Shown here piece after piece: positions 16,592 through 23,540 of a DNA stretch of 23,540 nt (within the stretch, counting starts at the first letter, position 1; every line of letters begins with the position of its first letter). Source of the stretch: an uncultured bacterium. Its GTDB lineage: Bacteria; Abyssobacteria; SURF-5. The notes below the pieces were generated by a model. The model had not been told where the DNA came from. It made no database searches and saw only the letters and a list, made by a program, of their open reading frames with translations. The DNA lies in contig CAZEBC010000046.1 in NCBI GenBank assembly GCA_964510165.1, forward strand, positions 1 through 23,540. Direction: 5' to 3'. The position numbers were made by a program, and so were the translations under genes.

Positions 16592-17138
16592 GTTCGCGCA
16601 CTCCCTCGCCAGTCACTGCGGAGAAGGGAATTATTTCCGCGCCGGAGGGAAGCTGGCGCTGCCGTGCCCGTAACGCGCGTGACAGTTGCGAACGGCTCAG
16701 CTTGTCTGCCTTCGTGAGAGCGATGATGGCCGGCACGCCGATGGAATGCAGATACTCAATCATCTGCAAATCCGTGGAGGGTATTTCTTCCCTTCGGACA
16801 TCGATGATAACGACGACCGCCCGGAGGGTTTCCCGCTTTCCGATATATTCCTCGATTAGCCTTCGCCAGCTATCGCGTGTCTGCCTGGACACGCGCGCGA
16901 ATCCGTAGCCCGGCAGGTCCACGAAGTGAAACTTCCGGTTAATGAGAAAGAAATTGACGGTTTGGGTCTTGCCCGGCGCGGAGCTTGTCTTGGCGATCTT
17001 TTGCCCGACAATCCGATTCAACAGAGACGACTTCCCGACGTTGGACCTGCCTGAGAAGGCGATCTCGGGAAGCCGGCCTCGCGGGAACTGCGAGGGAGAA
17101 TTCGCGCTCACCACGAACTCGGCTGAGGTGACCTTCAT
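16560..17138 (-). CDS. engB: Ribosome biogenesis GTP-binding protein YihA/YsxC
   Basis: EIAFSGRSNVGKSS (G1), PGKT, DLPGYG (G3) and TKADK (G4). Confidence 0.96.
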   Translation of the reverse strand: MKVTSAEFVVSANSPSQFPRGRLPEIAFSGRSNVGKSSLLNRIVGQKIAKTSSAPGKTQTVNFFLINRKFHFVDLPGYGFARVSRQTRDSWRRLIEEYIGKRETLRAVVVIIDVRREEIPSTDLQMIEYLHSIGVPAIIALTKADKLSRSQLSRALRARQRQLPSGAEIIPFSAVTGEGVRELSQKIEEYLG

Positions 17139-17150
17139 TTCGTCTCCCTA

Positions 17151-17180
17151 AAGAAAAGAGGCAGCGCGAGGCTGCCTTTT
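17151..17180. terminator. Bidirectional terminator-like hairpin between clpX and engB
   Basis: AGGCAGC-GCGAG-GCTGCCT stem, followed by TTT on the plus strand and CTTTTCTTT on the minus strand. Confidence 0.55.
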
Positions 17181-17202
17181 CGATGCGCTATCCGGGTATC
17201 CG

Positions 17203-18453
17203 TCAGGCGGAGCGTTTTCGGCTGACGAGGATCATTTCCGGCTCTTTCTGTTTGCGGACCACCTCTGCGGTGATTATGCATTCGCGAACGTCTTTCTTGG
17301 AGGGGGTTTCGTACATGACGTCCAACATCACATCTTCAAGGATTGCCCGCAGACCCCGAGCGCCGCTCCTGCGCGCGATCGCGTGATGCGCGATCTCAAC
17401 CAATGCGTCATCGGTGAATGTGAGCTTGATGTTCTCGATCTCGAAGAACTTCTTGTACTGCTTCACGAGCGCATTCTTTGGTTCCTGCAATATTGCGATC
17501 AGGTCGGCTTCAGAAAGCTCGTCAAAAGTCGCAAGGATGGGCACGCGGCCAACGAATTCGGGTATCATCCCGTATTTCAGCAAGTCCTCCGGCTGAACGT
17601 GTTTCAGAATCTCCCCCGCGCGTCCCGTCAATTTGGAATGGACGGTGGAGCCGAAACCGATCACGTTCTTGCCCAGCCTCGACTCGATTATCTTCTCGAG
17701 ACCGACAAAAGCGCCGCCGCAGATGAACAGGATGTTCGTGGTGTCAACCTGAATGTATTCCTGCTGGGGGTGTTTGCGTCCGCCCTGAGGCGGCACGTTG
17801 GCCACCGTCCCCTCCAGTATCTTCAGGAGCGCCTGCTGGACTCCCTCGCCGGAGACGTCGCGCGTGATGGATACGTTTTCATTCTTGCGCGCGATCTTAT
17901 CAATCTCGTCGATATACACGATCCCGACTTCGGCCTGTTCAGGGTCGTAATCAGCGTTTTGGAGCAGCTTGAGGAGGATGTTTTCGACATCCTCGCCGAC
18001 GTAGCCGGCCTCGGTGAGCGTGGTGGCGTCTGCTATCGCAAACGGGACATCAATGATGCGCGCGAGCGTCTGCGCAAGGAGTGTCTTGCCGCACCCGGTC
18101 GGGCCGATCAGGAGGACATTGCTCTTCTGGAGCTCCACTTCGTCGTCATCCACGCCGTACTCGATCCGTTTGTAATGATTGTGAACGGCGACCGAGAGTA
18201 TCTTCTTGGCGCGCTCCTGGCCGATCACATACTCGTCAAGGTGGGACTTGATGTCCTTGGGCTTCGGGACCTTCGGTCTGGGCGTGGGAGTCGCTTCTCG
18301 GGCTTCGCCCTCAAGCATCTCCCCGCAGAGTTCCACGCATTCGTCGCAAATGTAAACCATCGGCCCCGCAATGAGCTTTTTTACCTCGTCCTGTTTCTTC
18401 CCGCAAAAGGAACAACAGGGAACGTCAGCGCCTTCGCCGTAGTTGAATACCAT
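17203..18453 (-). CDS. clpX: ATP-dependent Clp protease ATP-binding subunit ClpX
   Basis: CSFCGK...CDEC zinc finger, GPTGCGKT Walker [15 protein letters not shown] and the IGF loop. Confidence 0.98.
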   Translation of the reverse strand: MVFNYGEGADVPCCSFCGKKQDEVKKLIAGPMVYICDECVELCGEMLEGEAREATPTPRPKVPKPKDIKSHLDEYVIGQERAKKILSVAVHNHYKRIEYGVDDDEVELQKSNVLLIGPTGCGKTLLAQTLARIIDVPFAIADATTLTEAGYVGEDVENILLKLLQNADYDPEQAEVGIVYIDEIDKIARKNENVSITRDVSGEGVQQALLKILEGTVANVPPQGGRKHPQQEYIQVDTTNILFICGGAFVGLEKIIESRLGKNVIGFGSTVHSKLTGRAGEILKHVQPEDLLKYGMIPEFVGRVPILATFDELSEADLIAILQEPKNALVKQYKKFFEIENIKLTFTDDALVEIAHHAIARRSGARGLRAILEDVMLDVMYETPSKKDVRECIITAEVVRKQKEPEMILVSRKRSA

Positions 18454-18467
18454 CGGTTAATTCCCGC

Positions 18468-19061
18468 CTATCTTGCTAATGGCTTCGTCAACACTTCATC
18501 AATAATACCATACGTCTTAGCCTCTTCGGCCGACATATAGTAATCCCTCTCGGTGTCCTGCTTGATCTTCTCAAGAGACTGGCCGGTGTGCCGGACCAAT
18601 ATCTCGTTGATCATTTCCCTGGTCTTCAGGATTTCCTTGGCCTGAATCTCGATGTCGGTCGCCTGCCCGCGAGCGCCGCCGAGCGGCTGGTGGATAAGAA
18701 TGCGCGAGTATGGGAGCGCAAACCGTTTCCCTTTCGTTCCCGCGCACAGCAACAGCGCCCCAAGGCTTGCGGCCTGGCCCAGGCAGATTGTTGAGACGTT
18801 GGCGCGGATGTATTGCATGGTGTCGTAAATCGCAAGCCCGGCTGTGACGTAGCCTCCGGGGCTGTTAATATACAGATAGATGTCTTTGTCGGGGTCTTCC
18901 GCCTCGAGATACAAGAGCTGGGCGACGATCAGTTGTGACACCCACTCGTCAATTGCTTCGCCTATGAAAACGATGCGGTCTTTCAACAGGCGCGAGATTA
19001 TGTCCCAGCCCTTTTCACCTCGCGCGTCCTGCTCAACGATTCTGGGTATGATAAGAGGCAT
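18468..19061 (-). CDS. clpP: ATP-dependent Clp protease proteolytic subunit
   Basis: [20 protein letters not shown] (catalytic Ser), IHQP and GQATD. Confidence 0.98.
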   Translation of the reverse strand: MPLIIPRIVEQDARGEKGWDIISRLLKDRIVFIGEAIDEWVSQLIVAQLLYLEAEDPDKDIYLYINSPGGYVTAGLAIYDTMQYIRANVSTICLGQAASLGALLLCAGTKGKRFALPYSRILIHQPLGGARGQATDIEIQAKEILKTREMINEILVRHTGQSLEKIKQDTERDYYMSAEEAKTYGIIDEVLTKPLAR

Positions 19062-19072
19062 TAACGTTCTCC

Positions 19073-20407
19073 TTATTCCGATTTCGGGCTTTCCTCAGCC
19101 GGTCCCGCGCCTTCCCGGGGCTCAAGCTCCGTCTTTTCAACTTCTGTTATTCTAGCATTGTTCACGACAAAATCCAATACTCTGTTGCGGAGCAATTGTT
19201 GGCGGTAACGTTGACGAACGCGGTCGCCGCTGAGGTAATTCCTCATGCGCGGGTCTTCGGAATCCTTGATCGTTTCCTCGATGCTTTGTTTGAGTTCCTC
19301 ATCGGAGACGCTCAGGTTCTCGCGCCTTGCTATCTCGCCGGTCACAAACACGATTTTCAGTTGGCGCGCCGCCTCGGCCTCGGCAAACTCCGCGATCTTG
19401 TCACGCTGTTCGGTGATCGTTTCCTTCTTTAGACCACGATAGGCCAGATTTCTTATCTCCTCCTCAAAAATCGAGGCGCCCACCCTGGCTCTGAGCTTGG
19501 GCGGAATCTCGGCCTTCGATTCGTTGACGACCTTCACAAGCGCCTGCTCGCGCACAAAATGCTCGAGGCGGCGCTTCAAGTCCTCCTGAAGGTTTTCCCG
19601 TGTATGTTTTTTCAATTCTTCGAGTGTGTCAAATTGGCCCAATTCCTTTGCGAAATCATCATCGAGCGGAGGGAGTTCGCGGAGCTTGACATCCTTGACA
19701 ACCACCTCGAACTCTATGTCTTTGCCGGCCAAGTCGGGGTCCCGATAGTCATCAGGATAGCGGACCGAAACCCGCCGTTTCTCTCCCTTTGCCATGCCGA
19801 CAAGCTGATTCTCGAAATCATCGCCGAACGCTTGCGAGCCAACCTCCAAGGGAAAGTTTTCCGCCCTCCCGCCTTCCAGCGGTTTTCCATCCTTGAAGCT
19901 CTCGAAATCGATGATGACAATGTCGCCTTTCTCCACAGGTCTGTCTGCGGGAAGGTATTTGGAATGGCTCAGCCGCAACCTCTCGAGCACGCGATTGACA
20001 TCTTCATCGGTTACTTCCAGCTTTGGGCGCTTGAGTTCGATCCCTTTGTACTCGGCGAGTTGGACCTCGGGTTCGACCTCGATTGTCGCCGTGAACAGAA
20101 GCGGCCCCTCTTCGCCGAAGTTCACCTCGCCAAAGTCGGGGTCGGTCAAAGGCGTGAGTTTTTCCTCTTCGAGCGCGCTCCTCAGGGATGCGGTAACGGT
20201 CGCCTCAAGGGCTTCGTTTCGTACCGATTCGCCGTATTTCTTCTCAAGCAGTTTTCGGGGGACTTTTCCCGGGCGGAAGCCTGGATGTGTGGCCGTTTTC
20301 TGCAGGCGTGAGTATATGCTTTCGATTTCTGCGCCGACCTTCTCGGAAGGGACCTCTATCTTCAAGACCCTTTGATAGCTGGTTGGCTTTTCAATAGTTA
20401 CTTTCAA
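19073..20407 (-). CDS. tig: Trigger factor
   Basis: GFRPGKVP ribosome-binding signature and an FKBP-like domain. TTG start with a GGAGGAG RBS, in tig-clpP-clpX order. Confidence 0.96.
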   Translation of the reverse strand: MKVTIEKPTSYQRVLKIEVPSEKVGAEIESIYSRLQKTATHPGFRPGKVPRKLLEKKYGESVRNEALEATVTASLRSALEEEKLTPLTDPDFGEVNFGEEGPLLFTATIEVEPEVQLAEYKGIELKRPKLEVTDEDVNRVLERLRLSHSKYLPADRPVEKGDIVIIDFESFKDGKPLEGGRAENFPLEVGSQAFGDDFENQLVGMAKGEKRRVSVRYPDDYRDPDLAGKDIEFEVVVKDVKLRELPPLDDDFAKELGQFDTLEELKKHTRENLQEDLKRRLEHFVREQALVKVVNESKAEIPPKLRARVGASIFEEEIRNLAYRGLKKETITEQRDKIAEFAEAEAARQLKIVFVTGEIARRENLSVSDEELKQSIEETIKDSEDPRMRNYLSGDRVRQRYRQQLLRNRVLDFVVNNARITEVEKTELEPREGAGPAEESPKSE

Positions 20408-20455
20408 TTATCTCCTCCAAAACGGAAAGTGGTGAGCCAGGCGGGGAACAAGGGG

Positions 20456-20538
20456 TGGGCGGGGCGGGATTTGAACCCGCACACCGAATGGTACATGATC
20501 CTAAGTCATGCGCGTCTGCCAGATTCCGCCACCCGCCC
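20456..20538 (-). tRNA. tRNA-Leu (TAG)
   Basis: Acceptor stem GGGCGGG/CCCGCCC, anticodon arm CATGA-CTTAGGA-TCATG, long variable arm, T loop TTCAAAT. Confidence 0.95.
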
Positions 20539-20575
20539 GGATGCTGTCGGACCGGCGCCGACCCCTGCCGCACGG

Positions 20576-20648
20576 TGAGCCGTCAGGGACTCGAACCCCG
20601 AACCTAGTGATTAAGAGTCACTTGCTCTACCAGTTGAGCTAACGGCCC
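20576..20648 (-). tRNA. tRNA-Lys (CTT)
   Basis: Acceptor stem GGGCCGT/ACGGCTC, anticodon arm AGTGA-CTCTTAA-TCACT, T loop TTCGAGT. Confidence 0.96.
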
Positions 20649-20682
20649 ACAAAAAAATGCAGGCAACACTTTGCCCGCTAAA

Positions 20683-20711
20683 AAGATAGCAAATCTCCGC
20701 GATAAAGTCAA
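20683..20711 (-). promoter_or_regulatory. Sigma70 promoter of the tRNA-Lys/tRNA-Leu/tig unit
   Basis: Minus strand TTGACT (20711-20706), 17 bp spacer, TG-c-TATCTT (20688-20683). Confidence 0.65.
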
Positions 20712-20863
20712 GCAGGTTCTCGAAACCCGCCCGAATCCACTCTTAAATGGTATTGTGTACTGTAAGCTGATTCCGGAGTTGTGTTTTGATAGGTTTTGAG
20801 GTAGACTATAACTGTGTTTGATGTGCGGAAGCCCCCCCGCCTCACCCCAGGAGAGGTTTATTC

Positions 20864-22330
20864 ATGAAGCTTTGGAGTCGCCCCCGACTACGGGCGAGAA
20901 TACTTTCGACTCTCGCGGCGCTTGTGCTTATAACCGTGGGTGGGGGATTTGTCATGATATGGTACACTTACCGCATGGAGTCTCTTCTCACCTCGATCAT
21001 ACAGAAGGATGTCGCCTCGTTACAGGCGGCAAAGGGGCTGGAGACCGCATTGCTCAACCAACGAGGGTACGTCTCCTATTATATCCTTGAGGCCGACCCG
21101 GCCTGGCTCGAACAACTGGGCAAAGCTCGCCAGGCCTTTGACGAACGTCTCAAGGAAGCCCGGGCTGTGGACCGCAGGCAGGAGCACAATGCTTATCTCG
21201 ACAAGATTGAATCGGAATACAGGAACTACATCGAGGCCAAGGACCGGGTTATTGCGCTTTACAAAGCGGGGCGTCACGAGGAAGGGGCAAAACTCCACAG
21301 GGAAGTGCGTGGAGAATTCTTCAACGTCCTGAAGCCGTGTGAAGAGCATATTGAGATTCATAGCAAGACGCTTAGCCAGACCTGGGCGCAGGCAAGAAAA
21401 GAGGCTTTGCGTCTGCGCATAATTGCGGGTGGCGCGATTTCAGCCGCGGTCATCATCGGGGTTGTGCTTTCCTTCGCTTTGGTGACTCAGGTGCTCGATC
21501 CCATTCGGAGGTTGGCGGTCATGGCGGGCGGCGACAAGGCCACCCGGGAGGACGAGGTCGCGGCGTTGCGGCATGGAGTTCGCGGGCTTATCGATGACGT
21601 TGGCCAGACCCATATGGAATTGGAGAAGAGCCGTGAGCGACTGATACAATCCGAAAAGATGGCGACGGTCGGCAAGCTCGCGGCGGAAGTGGCGCACAGC
21701 ATCCGTAATCCCATGACTTCCATTAATATGCGCCTGTTCTCTCTCAAGCGAAGCCTCGAGATGTCCCCCACGCAGCAAGAGGATTTTCAGGTCATCTCCG
21801 ATGAGATGCGTCACCTTGACAACATCGTCCGCAATTTTCTGGAGTTCTCACGCCCGCCCAAGCTGAAGTTGCAGAAAACAAACGTGTCCGACGTGATGGA
21901 CAGCGCCTTGCAGTTACTCGAGAAGCGGCTCGAACGAGACGGCGTCACCGTCGAGCGGCATCGGCGACAACCTCTTCCCATCATCGAGGCCGACCCGGAG
22001 CTCCTCAAAGAAGTCTTGGTGAACCTGATCGTCAACTCGTGCGAGGCTATGACCGACGGGGGCGTGATCTCAATCACCGAAGAGGACGGACTGGCCGAGG
22101 AACTGGGAAGGGCCATCGTCGTTCGTGTGACCGATAACGGGCCGGGCATTCCCGAGTCCATCCGCCAGAAAGTGATGCAGCCGTTCTTCAGCACGAAGAA
22201 AGAGGGTACCGGTCTTGGGCTTTCCACTGCCTCGCGCATTATCGAGGAGCATGGAGGCAGGTTGGACCTGCGCTCCGAGGAGGGGCAGGGAGCAACGTTC
22301 ATAATCACTCTTCCGGTAGCGGAGGAATAG
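20864..22330 (+). CDS. Membrane sensor histidine kinase (four-helix-bundle sensor, HisKA, HATPase)
   Basis: Two TM segments flank a helical domain. H box EVAHSIRNP, N box NLIVNS, DNGPGI, PFFSTK and GTGLGL. Confidence 0.95.
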   Translation: MKLWSRPRLRARILSTLAALVLITVGGGFVMIWYTYRMESLLTSIIQKDVASLQAAKGLETALLNQRGYVSYYILEADPAWLEQLGKARQAFDERLKEARAVDRRQEHNAYLDKIESEYRNYIEAKDRVIALYKAGRHEEGAKLHREVRGEFFNVLKPCEEHIEIHSKTLSQTWAQARKEALRLRIIAGGAISAAVIIGVVLSFALVTQVLDPIRRLAVMAGGDKATREDEVAALRHGVRGLIDDVGQTHMELEKSRERLIQSEKMATVGKLAAEVAHSIRNPMTSINMRLFSLKRSLEMSPTQQEDFQVISDEMRHLDNIVRNFLEFSRPPKLKLQKTNVSDVMDSALQLLEKRLERDGVTVERHRRQPLPIIEADPELLKEVLVNLIVNSCEAMTDGGVISITEEDGLAEELGRAIVVRVTDNGPGIPESIRQKVMQPFFSTKKEGTGLGLSTASRIIEEHGGRLDLRSEEGQGATFIITLPVAEE

Positions 22331-22332
22331 TC

Positions 22333-23538
22333 GTGAGCCTGGTCCTGATAATAGATGACGACTCGCAATTGCGGCAAAGCTTCGACAAGTTGTTGCGCGA
22401 GGAAGGATACGAGGTGACGCTGGCCTCGACGGGTGAAGCGGGCCTCGAAGCGATCAGCCGGAGACTGCCCGACCTGGTGATCATGGATGTGCGTCTCCCC
22501 GGCATGAGCGGAATAGAGGCATTCAAGGCCATGCGCGAGATCGACTCCAAGATGCCCGTCATAATAATGACCGCCTATGGCACTACCGATACCGCTATCG
22601 AGGCCACCAAGCTTGGGGCATTCGATTACCTGCTGAAGCCGTTTGATATCCCCGATATCCTGACCCTCATTGAGCAGGCCCTGGAGGCCGGCCGCTTCAT
22701 GCGGTCGCGCGTCGAAATGGACGTGGTTCCAGAGGCGGCGTCGGCCGACGCTCTTGTCGGAAGAAGTCAGCCGATGCAGGAAGTGTACAAGGCGATAGGC
22801 CGCGTGGCGCCGACCGACGCCACGGTGCTCATCCGGGGCGAATCGGGGACCGGCAAGGAGCTGGTGGCGCGCGCCATCTACCAGCACAGCCTGCGTTCGG
22901 AAAAGCCGTTCCTTGTGATAAACTGCGTTGCCATTCCGGAGACCCTGCTCGAGAGCGAGCTCTTCGGGTACGAGAAGGGCGCGTTCACCGGCGCCGTTTC
23001 GAGACGAGTCGGAAAGATCGAACAGGCCAACGGCGGAACCGTGTTCCTTGACGAAATCGGAGACATGCCGCTGAGTATCCAGGCGAAGATTCTGCGGCTT
23101 CTCCAGGAGAGGAGCATCGAGCGTCTTGGCGGGCGAGACACCATCCCGGTTGACGTCAGGATAATCGCCGCAACCAATCGCAACCTCGAGGCCGCGCTTG
23201 CCGAGGGTCGCTTCAGGGAGGACCTTTACTACCGCCTGAAGGTTGTGACGATCGAGCTTCCTCCCCTGCGCCAGCGCAAAGGAGACACCTTGCTCCTGTG
23301 CGACTATTTCCTTTCCAGATTCTCCAAAGAAATGGACATAGATAACCCCGGACTCACCGAAGAAGCTCGAGCGGTGGTGGAGGATCATCCCTGGCCGGGC
23401 AATGTGCGAGAACTCGCCAACGCCTTGCAGAAGGCCCTCATATTCAGCCGGGGCTATCCCATACAGGCTGATGACATCCTGCAGGTCGTCCGTGGTGAGG
23501 GCTTGACAAAGAGAGCGGGCGGAGATGAGCAAACACAG
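22333..23538 (+). CDS. Sigma-54-dependent response regulator (NtrC/AtoC family), truncated at the window end
   Basis: Translated by hand from GTG 22333: LIIDDD, DVRLPG, MTAYG and KPFD (receiver domain), then [36 protein letters not shown] and WPGNVREL. Absent from the ORF track because there is no stop in the window. Confidence 0.95.
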   Translation, partial: MSLVLIIDDDSQLRQSFDKLLREEGYEVTLASTGEAGLEAISRRLPDLVIMDVRLPGMSGIEAFKAMREIDSKMPVIIMTAYGTTDTAIEATKLGAFDYLLKPFDIPDILTLIEQALEAGRFMRSRVEMDVVPEAASADALVGRSQPMQEVYKAIGRVAPTDATVLIRGESGTGKELVARAIYQHSLRSEKPFLVINCVAIPETLLESELFGYEKGAFTGAVSRRVGKIEQANGGTVFLDEIGDMPLSIQAKILRLLQERSIERLGGRDTIPVDVRIIAATNRNLEAALAEGRFREDLYYRLKVVTIELPPLRQRKGDTLLLCDYFLSRFSKEMDIDNPGLTEEARAVVEDHPWPGNVRELANALQKALIFSRGYPIQADDILQVVRGEGLTKRAGGDEQTQ

Positions 23539-23540
23539 GA

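Noticed and set aside
17383-18540. 385-aa plus-strand ORF
   Set aside because: Antisense shadow of clpX.
21811-23532. 573-aa minus-strand ORF
   Set aside because: Antisense to the kinase and the sigma-54 regulator, which carries all expected motifs on the plus strand.

Overview
This is a GC-rich bacterial chromosomal segment, mostly housekeeping, whose gene content resembles anaerobic Deltaproteobacteria-like or candidate-phylum lineages (inference). Left part: a small orphan secreted ORF, an amidohydrolase, a minus-strand pair (HMG-CoA-synthase-like/DUF35 fusion plus SCP2-type thiolase), a DUF362 Fe-S protein and tRNA-Phe. Middle: sucCD, a redoxin-fold/TPR exported protein, tRNA-Asp, the archaeal-type aroA'/aroB' route to 3-dehydroquinate and two GT-C-type membrane glycosyltransferases. 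Right part: engB-clpX-clpP-tig with tRNA-Leu and tRNA-Lys, then a histidine kinase and a sigma-54 response regulator that runs off the window. No transposase, integrase or CRISPR array was seen. The most interesting items are a PhlABC-like or archaeal-thiolase-complex-like module whose HMGS domain appears to lack the catalytic Cys, a near-perfect three-way-junction RNA fold in that operon's 5' leader, and boxC-like palindromic repeats, one of which supplies a gene's C-terminus and stop codon.
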